NCBI GenBank assembly: GCA_030867685.1
Contig: JAQOWU010000007.1
Span: forward strand, 1,302,001 to 1,366,000
From: Wickerhamiella versatilis
Taxonomy: Eukaryota
Reading direction: 5' to 3'
DNA length: 64,000 bases
Positions 31,601 through 41,247 of this stretch are shown one piece after another. The translations under genes were made by a program, and so were the position numbers. Below the pieces are notes generated by a model. The model did no database searches. It saw nothing but the letters and a program-made list of their open reading frames with translations, and was not told the origin of the DNA. How positions within the stretch are numbered: the stretch's first letter is position 1; each line of letters begins with the position of its first letter.

Positions 31601-34600
31601 TCTGTCCATTTGTGCTGAAAGTAGTAGGTGTAGTTATAGCTGTGTGAAAGCTTGATACTACAGTTTCAGTTGGTACACCGGCTGGTGTCGGCCCAACGTT
31701 GGATTCCACACTTTCTGAAGCCGACCCAGATCCATTCGTTCCATTATACGGAGATGATGGTACTGAACTGCTCAATGTGCACGGACAGTTCGTAACCGTC
31801 AGTGTAGTTGGTGATGAGACGGTCCATGTCTGTCCATTTGTGCTGAAAGTAGTAGGTGTAGTTATAGCTGTGTGAAAGCTTGATACTACGGTTTCAGTTG
31901 GTCCACTGATTGGTGTCGGTCCAACATTGGATTCAATACTTTCTGAAGCTGACCCAAATCCATTCGTTCCATTATACGGAGATGATGGTACTGAACTGCT
32001 CAATGTGCACGGACAGTTTGTAACTGTCAATGTAGTTGGTGATGAAACCGTCCATGTCTGTCCATTTGTGCTAAAAGTAGTGGGTGTAGTTATAACTGTG
32101 TGAAAGCTTGATACTACGGTTTCAGTTGGTACACTGACTGGTGTCGGTCCAACATTTGTGGCATTCCATGATCTTAAGGATCCAATGTTGGATTCAATAC
32201 TTTCTGAAGCTGAGCCAGATCCATTCGAGCCATTATAATGTGGTGATGGTACTGAGCTAGTCAATGTGCACGGACAGTTTGTAACCGTCAGTGTAGTGGG
32301 CGAAGAGACGGTCCATGTCTGTCCGTTCGTACTGAAAGTAGTAGGTGTAGTTATAGCTGTATGAAAGCTTGATACAACAGTTTGAGTTGGCACATTGACC
32401 GAAGTTGGTCCAACATTGGTGGCATTCCACAATCTCGAGGATCCGACGTTGGATTCAACACTTTCTGAAGCTGAACCAGATTCATTCGTCCCATTATATG
32501 GTATTGAGCTGACTGGTGTCGGTCCAACATTGGTGGCATTCCACAATCTTGACAATCCAATGTTGGATTCAATACTTTCTGAAGCTGAACCAGATCCGTT
32601 TGTCCCATTATATGGTACTGAGCTGACTGGTGTCGGTCCAACATTGGTGACATTCCACGATCTTGACAATCCAATGTTAGACTCAACACTTTCTGAAACT
32701 GAACCAGATCCGTTCGTCCCATTATATGGTACTGAGCTGACTGGTGTCGGTCCAACATTGGTGGCATTCCACGATCTTGACAATCCAATGTTGGATTCAA
32801 TACTTTCTGAAGCTGAACCAGATCCATTCGTCCCATTGTAAGGCATTGATGATACTGAGCTGGTCAATGTGCAGGGACAGTTCGTAATCGTCAGTGTAGT
32901 TGGTGATGAAACCGTCCATGTCTGTCCATTTGTGCTGAAAGTAGTAGGTGTAGTTATCGCTGTGTGAAAGCTTGATACTACAGTTTCAGTTGGCATACTG
33001 GCTGGTGTCGGTCCAACATTAGTGGTATTCCATGATCTTGAGGATTCAATATTGGATTCAAAAATTTCCGTAGCTGTTACAGCGGTACGGGAACTTGATA
33101 TTACAGTATCGTTTGAAGTACTCAGTGGTATTGACCCAAAATTCGTTGCATTCCATGATCCTATGGATGCAATATTCGATTCAGCAATTTGAGTAGCCGA
33201 CTCCGATGGTCTATTTGTACCATTATAGGGCAGTGATGGTACTGAGCTAGTCAATGTGCACGGACAGTTTGTAACCGTCAGTGTAGTGGGCGATGAGATG
33301 GTCCATGTCTGTCCGTTCGTACTGAAAGTAGTAGGTGTAGTTATAGCTGTGTGAAAGCTTGATACCACAGTTTCAGTCGGCACACTAACCGAGGTTGGCC
33401 CAACATTGGTGGCATTCCATGATCTCGCATCTGGAGTACTCGAAGTGATATTGTAAGTAGCTTCTCTTGGGGTTCCCTCTCCTGTGCTGGTGTACGATGA
33501 ATTTATAGTAAGAACTGTTGACCCAGTAAATGGTGTAAAAGCTTTTGAGATAGCAGTGTCATTTGCGAAACTTAGCGATGTCGGTCCCGAATTTGTTGCG
33601 TTCGAAGACAGTAAGGTCGGAAAAGCGGGTGTTGTAGAATGTGTTTGTCCACCTTCAGTGAAATTCTCACTCAACCTAAGTGATGGTCGCTGTAAGAAAG
33701 TTGAATATTTCGGCAGATTCGATGTGGAGTTACTCTGAATAACAGTTGTACCTGGTTGAATACTAGTAGACAACTCTGTTTGTGATTTTGCACCGGCAGG
33801 GATCCCAGTCTGATACGATTTTTGTGTCTCATTGTAACTGGCAAAAATTGTCCTACTATTGGCGTATTCAGTCTTGGGTGAAGTTTTATTTGATGGTTGC
33901 CCCACTAAAGAATTTAATGAGGCATTCTGACCTGTTGCAAAACTTTTTCTTTCATACGTGTTTTGGCCATTACTCTGTGAATTAGCCGTCGACGCAGGAA
34001 TCCAAATTGAGGTAGACAATTTATAGCTGGTTGTATTTCCTGTAGTATCCTGGGTTGAGAATCCTTTTGAGAGGTACTGCGATCCATCTCCACGAGATAA
34101 TAATGATGACCCATTAGAGCTCTTCAGATTTTGAGATGCAGGTGTAGCCAAGCTTTCAGATACTAAGCTGGAAGCAGAAATTGAAGAATTCTCATGAATA
34201 CTGGAGATAATTGGTTTGCTTTTAGTTAAGCTTGCTGAATTTGTATTAGTCCCGTTGCTCTCTGAGCCTGTTATGGACTCACTCGTCGAGAAAGGAAAAC
34301 TCGGAAGTGCTGAAGTTATGAATCCACCATTTTCAGTGAGATAGCGAATAGATGAGGAGTTTAATAAATCACTGGTATCTACTCCCAAAGAAATACTTTT
34401 CGAAGGCTTTTTTAATGACAACTTCGTTGTGTGTGATTTTTCTCGCAATAAGGAGGAAGAAGGTAACGATTTATTCAACGTTGTGATAATGGAGGTATCC
34501 CCAATACTTCCCGAGGAAGAAATCTTCCTGGAGGCTCCGTAGGGTTCCTGAGAGAGATCACTTTGAGTCGTCACATTCTTCTCTAAAGAAGTGGGGACAA

Positions 34601-35360
34601 CAGAGTTCGTTGACTTCTTGGCTATTGGCGACGATGAGATGGTACGAAGTCGTGAATAGCCACTGTTGGTAGCATATTGAGAGCTAGTAATGCCCTCAAC
34701 TTTGCTAAAAGAGACACTCGATGGTCTTTTGGACTCAATAATATCCGATTTGCTCTTCTCGGAACTACTCTGCTTCGGTTTTGTGAGCTGTGATCCGTGA
34801 ACCGAATCCGACTGAGCATTATTAGAGCTTGAAAGTTTGGAGTTAACCTTACTGTATGAGCTCTTAAGTGGACTTAAACCACTGTATTTCGGAGCACTTG
34901 AAATTGTAGAAGAATGAGATTGCACAGTTACAGAACTTTCTGATCTCCCAAAAGGATGAGAACTACTTCTCTTTGTTTGAAGCGTAAGTGTTCTGCTTGT
35001 CGACTGCGAATGTGTTGATTTTCTAGACGATTCAGTGTTCCCTCCCACAATTGAGGGTGACACAAGGCCAGATATATCAACCGAACTCTTTCTTGGTAAC
35101 GTTTGTGAGGCAACTGCCCCTAGAGTGCTTGAGTTATTACTAGTTGAATCGCTGCTCTTCACATCACCATCGGATGGTGAGAGCGGCCCAGATGTGGGCA
35201 GTGAGTCTTGAGGTGTGACCCATGAGATCGTACCTATATCTCCGCTTGAGGAATGAGCACTAGTCAGTCCAGTGTCTGAGGATATATCTAACTCTACCGG
35301 CTGATCCTGACTTGCGGCAAGTTGTAAGATCACCACTACCGCGAGCGATTGCAGCAACAT
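28605..35360 (-). CDS. Large GPI-anchored Ser/Thr-rich cell-wall adhesin/flocculin-like protein (~2250 aa)
   Basis: Signal peptide MLLQSLAVVVILQLAAS from ATG 35360; 12 Sed1/Ccw12-like modules (TVVSSF..PTTFSTNGQTWTVSSPTTLTVTNCPCT); many NxS/T sequons; GPI signal NAAGKL...YVLILGLLLV. Confidence 0.9.
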   Translation of the reverse strand: MLLQSLAVVVILQLAASQDQPVELDISSDTGLTSAHSSSGDIGTISWVTPQDSLPTSGPLSPSDGDVKSSDSTSNNSSTLGAVASQTLPRKSSVDISGLVSPSIVGGNTESSRKSTHSQSTSRTLTLQTKRSSSHPFGRSESSVTVQSHSSTISSAPKYSGLSPLKSSYSKVNSKLSSSNNAQSDSVHGSQLTKPKQSSSEKSKSDIIESKRPSSVSFSKVEGITSSQYATNSGYSRLRTISSSPIAKKSTNSVVPTSLEKNVTTQSDLSQEPYGASRKISSSGSIGDTSIITTLNKSLPSSSLLREKSHTTKLSLKKPSKSISLGVDTSDLLNSSSIRYLTENGGFITSALPSFPFSTSESITGSESNGTNTNSASLTKSKPIISSIHENSSISASSLVSESLATPASQNLKSSNGSSLLSRGDGSQYLSKGFSTQDTTGNTTSYKLSTSIWIPASTANSQSNGQNTYERKSFATGQNASLNSLVGQPSNKTSPKTEYANSRTIFASYNETQKSYQTGIPAGAKSQTELSTSIQPGTTVIQSNSTSNLPKYSTFLQRPSLRLSENFTEGGQTHSTTPAFPTLLSSNATNSGPTSLSFANDTAISKAFTPFTGSTVLTINSSYTSTGEGTPREATYNITSSTPDARSWNATNVGPTSVSVPTETVVSSFHTAITTPTTFSTNGQTWTISSPTTLTVTNCPCTLTSSVPSLPYNGTNRPSESATQIAESNIASIGSWNATNFGSIPLSTSNDTVISSSRTAVTATEIFESNIESSRSWNTTNVGPTPASMPTETVVSSFHTAITTPTTFSTNGQTWTVSSPTTLTITNCPCTLTSSVSSMPYNGTNGSGSASESIESNIGLSRSWNATNVGPTPVSSVPYNGTNGSGSVSESVESNIGLSRSWNVTNVGPTPVSSVPYNGTNGSGSASESIESNIGLSRLWNATNVGPTPVSSIPYNGTNESGSASESVESNVGSSRLWNATNVGPTSVNVPTQTVVSSFHTAITTPTTFSTNGQTWTVSSPTTLTVTNCPCTLTSSVPSPHYNGSNGSGSASESIESNIGSLRSWNATNVGPTPVSVPTETVVSSFHTVITTPTTFSTNGQTWTVSSPTTLTVTNCPCTLSSSVPSSPYNGTNGFGSASESIESNVGPTPISGPTETVVSSFHTAITTPTTFSTNGQTWTVSSPTTLTVTNCPCTLSSSVPSSPYNGTNGSGSASESVESNVGPTPAGVPTETVVSSFHTAITTPTTFSTNGQTWTVSSPTTLTVTNCPCTLTSSVPSPPYNGTNGSGSASESIESNIGSSKLWNATNVGPTPVSVPTETVVSNFHTAIPTTEIFESNTESSRLWNATNVGPTPVSGPTETVVSSFNTAITTPTTFSTNGQTWTVSSPTTLTVTNCPCTLTSSVPSTPYSGTNGSGSASESIESSIGPSESRDAGNVGPTPPGTPSETVVTSFCTAISTPTTFSTNGQTWTVSSPTTLTVTNCPCTLTSSVPSMPYSGTNGSGSASESVASNIGSSESRDAGNVGPTPPGTPSETVVTSFCTAISTPTTFSTNGQTWTVSSPTTLTVTNCPCTLTSSVPSMPYNGTNGSGSASESVASNIGSSESRDAANVGPTPPGTPTETVVSSFFTTISTPTTFSTNGKTWTVSSPTTLTVTDCPCTLRSQVPSLPYSSASEALEIESATPSHINATPVSQNSGRGESPLGSPTETVVSSFHTSFSTPTTFSTNGQTWTISSPTTLTVSNCPCTLTGTHSSSPYSTGNSRENPITGNIGSGVAPSNVPTESPESSMKGSGAADAANSTPISSSGIGSESFTLSIPTGTAPPDSTEEAPVGTSGSGNGSGSGASSPEASTIMSPTRSSQPSIRTTTVTIPCTSQSCRESHYVTTCYWTVTPTTSGQCSMPQTITSTLTLSGITTSIVDTFTVPCSSEISNLPSVSQETAENPSRTPSTPTGLAEPTVASTTSTVVVSSYVASFSTPTTFGTNGKTWTITQPTTLTISDCPCTLTTTYPHVTPSSAEASPEDVSEVSNPTAQSSPGQIESGSPAAPASASFAATPKPLSEGGTLLPGSSNIPNFSESVPITSAEVSQPQSSAHESNANFPPASTTALQGSDSPSSGQAPPTYSGETEKPSPQGCSTTKTITGDGQTKTITSPIDCPESESGCSTVVKKELSGTTITITSLQPCSSGSPNPEPSPSPSLSYSTASQLPVASQEPMSTGSGSGIPEIANAAGKLRIPTTNLKYVLILGLLLV
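30110..33420 (-). repeat. Intragenic tandem repeat block of the adhesin (mosaic of about 120-, 200- and 240-bp units)
   Basis: Near-identical DNA units, e.g. 240-bp units around 30530-31160 and 120-bp units around 32400-32840. Confidence 0.92.
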
Positions 35361-36537
35361 GATTGAAGGACTGACGGTTACTACTCTATATATAACATTG
35401 AGCTGGAAGCCAGCCCACTTTGATCTTTCGATTGGATGCAGATGCGATCTGACCTGCGTGCCGCATGCATGCATGCGCTAAGAGATCACAATTCTCTTTG
35501 CAATTTTATTATCTAGGGATCCAACAACCTAGTGAAGTTTTTTATAGAATATAATTGGACAATTGTATTTTGATTTCTTAACTTGATATGTTTTTAATCA
35601 ACAATTGAGGACATTATGCAAAATCGCACTATAGCTCACGCGGCATTAATAACCCACACGCAAGTTTCAGCGCTAAATTAGATTCAACCTCGCTGTAGTG
35701 AGAGCTGTCAAGTACATATCAATGCCGATGAAGTGGAATACTTAGCAGAATTTTCTTATTTAGAGCTCAAAGCCGATATGGGCTATCATAAGGAAATTTG
35801 CAGTCTAAAAATTGAGCTAAAAAGCAAGTAGACTCAACCGTGGTACTAAAAATAGAGTTATATATTTGTTTCGACAACATAGGTGATTGTTTCTGTTTTG
35901 AATCCATCTTTCTGAAAATTAGGAATACACCTTGTTATCTTGAATGGCTCTGCCACTAGAACAATATAGTCACTATTTTTCAACAATTATGCCTGAGAAT
36001 TTCTCATGTGTGTTTGAAATAGGACAGGTTATTTTACGTACGCGCCGCATTGAAAATCTGGCGCACCGTTGCTAATATCATCAAATTAGCTTCAGTGATT
36101 TTCTGGGCGATTGATTATTTGCTCGAGCTCTACTTTCACAATGAGTAATTTTATAATCAACAAAAGAAGTTAGCATACAAACATATATTGCTAGAATAGG
36201 AAAGAGTTGGTAATAATATTAAATAAAAGCATCGAGCAATATCATCTTTTCTTTCAAAAATGAAATCTCGGGACTAAACCTTAAAGGAGATGTATCTGCA
36301 TGAAATTTTGCTACTATTTAGGCTAGTAGATCTTTTGTTTTATCTATTTAGAAGAAACACACTTCGGTGTCCCATCAGTACTCATCTCAGAAAATAGTAA
36401 TTTATGCTATCAGTATAGCCATTGTACTCATCAATCATCAATTTTCGATTTATTTTCTTTTTCTTTCCTGAAGTATTCATAATAAAAGTCTTATAAAAAA
36501 ACATATATTAACTTACTCGCTTAAATCGCAATTACAA

Positions 36538-37842
36538 ATGCTTGGTTGGGTAATAGCAGTTGTGGCCCTTATAATATTTTTGTGGCTCGTGCTCATTCCC
36601 CGCGATGCGGATCCAGAGATTATAATTGATCAAGGATCGCTTTCTACAGTACGACAACCTGGTGAATCAGCTGTGTTACGTTCCCATCTTAACGACCATG
36701 GCAGACCTCTCCTGGGAGCTGCTTTAAAAGCGTTCAAAATCTCCACAATGTGGGAGCCGACTGTGTTTTCTATCGAGATGGTAGATGAAACATTACATTC
36801 AGCCAAGGCTGATCTTCCAACATTAGTCGGTCGCTTCCAGGCAACTCTTGAAGAAATTGAAAGCGACGATACTATAATTGCCGCTCTACCTGCAGGTATT
36901 GAGGCCCTTGCTTTAGTTTTTGCGGCTTCATTCGCAAACCACGATTTGCAGTTTATACTCCCTGGAGATGCAGCGAATTATAAGGGTATATTAGTGGAAT
37001 CTGGTCCACTTGTCAACGGAAAGCCATTAAAGGAGTTAGGAGAAGTAATCCCGCGCACTTCAAATGCAATGCTTAAGACAGATGATCGGAAATATAGCCA
37101 GCAAGATATTGGAACGGCCATTGCTTCCCAAATTGCCGCAATGGGAACAAAAAGGTGGTCATACGACGACAAAATACTCGTTTTCAATGGACTCCCAACG
37201 CCTTATTGTCTTACAATGATGCTTGCAGCGTTAAGTATTAGTGCGAAACTAGTCTTTCTTCAGCGCAGTCCTACTCTCAACGCATTCGATGCATTGGAGA
37301 CAATTGCTCCAACGGCCATCATAAGCGAAGATCTAACCATGCGCTCACTTCTCGACAAGGTGAACGAGTTTGGCGCGAAGAAGTGGACCCAGTTTGCTAT
37401 TTCGAAGATTCGTTTGAAGAAGGGGCATCTATCATCCGGTTTATTGCCTGGCTTTTCATCTGTAACAACGATATATTCAGAGTCCGGTCCAGACGATTTG
37501 TGCTGGCTTGACAACAGCGAGACATCCGCTTTACGTAGTCTTACAGGCTGTCAGTTGCTTCGCGCGCTAACAATTCCAGGAATGGAATTGCCCATAGCAC
37601 AAACTATGCCTGGTGACTACCGTGATTCACAAAGCCTCCCAGGAACCAACTTCGGGGCACCGCTACCAGGAGTAGAGCTTAAATTAGTCGGAGGTGTCCA
37701 AACTGGAGAGTTATATTATCGTTTCAATGATGATTGGAGCCCGAGTGGCTTGACCGCGGAATTTCGTGGTGATGGATGTGTGTATGTTCATATAAAACGC
37801 GTTACTGTCAGTGATAAGTACTTTTATACTGGAGAACGCTAA
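36538..37842 (+). CDS. Membrane-anchored degenerate acyl-CoA-synthetase-like (AMP-binding fold) protein
   Basis: N-terminal TM, VRQPGESAVLRS motif, C-terminal NFGAPLPGVELKL and FRGDGC; no intact P-loop signature. Confidence 0.65.
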   Translation: MLGWVIAVVALIIFLWLVLIPRDADPEIIIDQGSLSTVRQPGESAVLRSHLNDHGRPLLGAALKAFKISTMWEPTVFSIEMVDETLHSAKADLPTLVGRFQATLEEIESDDTIIAALPAGIEALALVFAASFANHDLQFILPGDAANYKGILVESGPLVNGKPLKELGEVIPRTSNAMLKTDDRKYSQQDIGTAIASQIAAMGTKRWSYDDKILVFNGLPTPYCLTMMLAALSISAKLVFLQRSPTLNAFDALETIAPTAIISEDLTMRSLLDKVNEFGAKKWTQFAISKIRLKKGHLSSGLLPGFSSVTTIYSESGPDDLCWLDNSETSALRSLTGCQLLRALTIPGMELPIAQTMPGDYRDSQSLPGTNFGAPLPGVELKLVGGVQTGELYYRFNDDWSPSGLTAEFRGDGCVYVHIKRVTVSDKYFYTGER

Positions 37843-37962
37843 AAGAAGCATGCTATATAGCGGGGATCAAAGGATAATATTATTTTTAATTATATGCTAG
37901 TTTTAGTCTCTTTGACCTATGTGATGTTTTTTTTGGAGTCGCATCTGCAAATATTAAGGGCT

Positions 37963-38484
37963 TTAATGCTTTGATCGTCCCACTAGTTGCCATATGTTCT
38001 TTAATCGTGATGAGATAGGGATAATAAGCCACTTGGCAGTGAATGGAGTGGCCCATACAGAAAAAACAAGTCTAAGTGGCATGATAGCTTTAACAATGGC
38101 ATACGAAGCTGCACCTTGCAAGACAATGCGAGAACCTCGACCAGCTGCCTCAGAAAAATGCCAGTCATTCCTTTCAGCCATGCGTTTGATAAAGTTTGTA
38201 CCATGATCAATGACCCAGTCAGGGATACCACCAGGAACATAGTCAAAATAATAGAATCCACCCCAGAAACCAAACAATGGCACAATTGCCGATAATTCAT
38301 GCAACAAAAGAAAACTAGTTATGTGTGACACAGGGGCTTGATTGATACGCTCAGCATAGGCTCGCATGAATTTAGGAAACCTTGAGGCTGCCTTTTCTCC
38401 TCCTTGTTTATTCAAGCGCTTTGCAGCACGCGACACACTGGTTCGCGTGAAGATTAAAGGATGGCCAACTGCCGGCCTGAACAT
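37963..38484 (-). CDS. MRX11: Mitochondrial Mrx11-like membrane protein
   Basis: Presequence; SHITSFLLLHELSAIVPL, GAASYAIVKAIMPLRLVFSVWATP. Confidence 0.75.
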   Translation of the reverse strand: MFRPAVGHPLIFTRTSVSRAAKRLNKQGGEKAASRFPKFMRAYAERINQAPVSHITSFLLLHELSAIVPLFGFWGGFYYFDYVPGGIPDWVIDHGTNFIKRMAERNDWHFSEAAGRGSRIVLQGAASYAIVKAIMPLRLVFSVWATPFTAKWLIIPISSRLKNIWQLVGRSKH

Positions 38485-38618
38485 TAGTCAGTTGATTTTG
38501 ATCAGAACCAACTAGTTTAAATTATCCCACCTAGCTATAGATAATAACCACAATGAAATTTTAGTTGTTCTAAACGATCTACTTAGGGTTCACTTACGTC
38601 AATGCTATTATGCCACCA

Positions 38619-39911
38619 TTATGTCCTAATGGCATAGTCACCACTCTGCGTGATATAACGTACCCATGGACATGATGGGTACTGCAATTTTGGCTCAACA
38701 ATACGAAGGTACCGCACTTGGATACCACTAGTTGTAAAGTAAGGAATACTAAACTTGACTTGGATTGGTCGCTTTGTCTGCTCGTCTTGAGATTCCACCA
38801 CAGGGAGACCTAACTCTGCCCGGAGTACTGCCTCCTTCCCACCAGCAAACTGCTTGATTTTCCACACGACACATGCTTGCTCGGGACGCCATTTGGCAGA
38901 TCCCGAGGTCACCTTGAGTTTTGGCGAATCAGCATCATCAGGTACAGGAATAATGATCTCGACGTTATTAGCGGTCGATCGAGATTTGAAAGCCGCCTTT
39001 GCATGGGCACTTATTTCAATTCTTGAAGCAGCATGGCGATTAAGTTTGCAGTCAACCCATATCAATGGCTTCACATTTGAGCTGAGACGGTAGCTCATAA
39101 GCTGGAACTCACCATCAGGTGGAATAAAACTGATGGTGCGGTCACTCTCGAATCGGGAGAGGCGAACACACTGGTGGAACTTAACATCCTCCATTTCTAT
39201 AGTGCGCTTGCCAAGAGGCTTTCCCGTGTTAGACTGGTGATCAAAAACTACACGATCATTGAGTCCAAGACGTAGCTCTGGCATACCACTCAAGTAGCAT
39301 TTCATTACAACCTTCCCTAAAATCTCGCTTCGAAGTACCTGTCCTTGTGGCGAGCACAACATGTTTATTGACTCAATAACATCAAGGAATGCCTCGTTTT
39401 TACGGTAGTTTATGCCCTCTGAGCGCCAGGAAACCGCGTTAGTGACTGCGACAGGGGGTTTAGGTGCCCGGGAAGGCTTGAACTGGAAAATCCTGTCATG
39501 TTGTGTAATATACTCTTTCAATATACGAGTCTCTGTGGTCTGCGGGAACCCATAGTCCATCATCTCGTCCAATAGCTCATATATAACGACAAAGTTATCC
39601 CGAATAGACTCTTCGGCCAACTCCTTCAGGTAGCCCGTTAAAACCTCGACTATTCGGTGAAGGAAAAGCAATATTTCCATAGCATTGGTATTGTGGCGGG
39701 AGAGAGCAAGTACATAAAGGTCGTTGTGGCTCAAATAAAGATAATTTACACCCTCATGCGAAAGGCAAGGGCTGACAACGTTCACTTCGTCCTCAGCTTC
39801 CATCAACAACATAGGAAACTTATCTATAGCGCCCATAGGCACATCTCCGCGGTAGTTGCGGGCCAGCAACGGTTTCCCCTTCTTGTCAAGAAAGAAGACC
39901 GCGCTAGCCAT
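38619..39911 (-). CDS. APM1: AP-1 adaptor complex mu subunit
   Basis: EESIRDNFVVIYELLDEMMDYGFPQ, LSGMPELRLGLND, DVKFHQCVRL, IPYFTTSGIQVRYL; ATG at 39911. Confidence 0.95.
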   Translation of the reverse strand: MASAVFFLDKKGKPLLARNYRGDVPMGAIDKFPMLLMEAEDEVNVVSPCLSHEGVNYLYLSHNDLYVLALSRHNTNAMEILLFLHRIVEVLTGYLKELAEESIRDNFVVIYELLDEMMDYGFPQTTETRILKEYITQHDRIFQFKPSRAPKPPVAVTNAVSWRSEGINYRKNEAFLDVIESINMLCSPQGQVLRSEILGKVVMKCYLSGMPELRLGLNDRVVFDHQSNTGKPLGKRTIEMEDVKFHQCVRLSRFESDRTISFIPPDGEFQLMSYRLSSNVKPLIWVDCKLNRHAASRIEISAHAKAAFKSRSTANNVEIIIPVPDDADSPKLKVTSGSAKWRPEQACVVWKIKQFAGGKEAVLRAELGLPVVESQDEQTKRPIQVKFSIPYFTTSGIQVRYLRIVEPKLQYPSCPWVRYITQSGDYAIRT

Positions 39912-39947
39912 GATCAAAGAGTATTACTAATTCTATTCCCCTTAGAC

Positions 39948-40700
39948 TTAACTAGATGTTGTAGAATTTTTACGTGTGTAGGCACTAAATGAGCCATCTT
40001 CTCGCCCAATATAAGCTGCATGTGCATAGTCAAAAAGCCCAACTTCCACGACTCCACAAAGGTTTTTAATCCTGGACGTCAATGCGGTCACGTTCGTCGG
40101 CTCTATAATGCCGAAGTCGGTGTCCAGAATGACATTTCCATTATCAGTAACCACGGGTCCAGCCTTAACCTTGCCTCCCTGTCTAAGTGTGATTTGTTTG
40201 GCACCGATACCTTTCAGCTGGTGAGTTATTTTTTTGACACTTTGAGGCACAACCTCGATCGGCACGCCCTGATGCCAGTGTTCACCCAGACACTTTGAAT
40301 ACTTCGAATGATCTGCAACAACAATCCACGTCTTGGCACACTTTCCAACAAGCTTTTCCTCCAGCAAACAAGCTCCTCCACCTTTTATGCAATTAAGATC
40401 ACTGTCTATCTCGTCTGCACCGTCGAAGACAATATCAATATCATATGGTGCAAATTGGTCTATCTCCTTTACCTGAAGCCCAGCATCCAATATAAGCTGT
40501 TTGGACTGAAAACCTGTTGACACAAACGTCATATTGGACACATCAAGCTCTCCGGACTTTGCCTTTTGCTCTATGCGATCAACACAGAATATAACAGTGC
40601 TTCCTGAACCAATTCCTACCACCTTGAAACTTGGACTGAGATAGTCGTCTATAGCCTGGTAAGCAGCAGCCCTCTTGGATGCAACAATATTTTCACTCAT
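39948..40700 (-). CDS. RKI1: Ribose-5-phosphate isomerase A
   Basis: GIGSGSTV, DGADEID, IKGGGACLLEEK, GPVVTDNGN; conserved core starts at ATG 40700, with in-frame upstream ATGs at 40766 and 40811. Confidence 0.96.
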   Translation of the reverse strand: MSENIVASKRAAAYQAIDDYLSPSFKVVGIGSGSTVIFCVDRIEQKAKSGELDVSNMTFVSTGFQSKQLILDAGLQVKEIDQFAPYDIDIVFDGADEIDSDLNCIKGGGACLLEEKLVGKCAKTWIVVADHSKYSKCLGEHWHQGVPIEVVPQSVKKITHQLKGIGAKQITLRQGGKVKAGPVVTDNGNVILDTDFGIIEPTNVTALTSRIKNLCGVVEVGLFDYAHAAYIGREDGSFSAYTRKNSTTSS

Positions 40701-41247
40701 GTTAGTGCCAAACGTGCTTGCTGACAGATGCCGAAGTGGCCTTATATTAGGGCATCGCAGAAACATACTGGAATGTCTTCCAAATTTCCAGAAACTTTGA
40801 CGACAGATCATTGACAACTATACCTTGATCAATTCAGTGAAGCTGGACCAGCGAGACCTAACGGCTCAAATACAACCAGATGGCAACGGAGATGTAGACC
40901 CCACGAGATGACTCAGCGATTGGAGTCGAAGCAAAATCTCAAAATGGCGATTAGATGGCTCTCCGTTTAGATCCACAAGATTTGGTTAAAAAGATTTTGA
41001 GACAGTTTTAGTATCACAGGCTCTTCCCTGACCGAGATTAGCACGGAATGTTTTTTCTGCATGTAGCAAATTAAATGGACTCTGTGCGTCCTTCTTTTAT
41101 GAAATTCCTTTATAATTCGAGGAGCATTTAGATATCAAGATAGTTGGTATATATATTCGATCTATGCTGTCCCAACATCCTCGCTGAAATGAAAATAACA
41201 GCTTGCAAAGCTGCGAGTCTGGCTAATATTACCTAACTTGTGCCTAT

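Noticed and set aside
29764-32841. Val/Gly-rich + strand ORFs inside the adhesin
   Set aside because: Antisense shadows of Thr/Ser/Pro-rich repeats
35361-35474. N-terminal 38 aa of the 2289-aa ORF call
   Set aside because: The signal peptide begins at ATG 35360 and the extension overlaps a TATA-like element; the upstream ATG comes from the CATG palindrome
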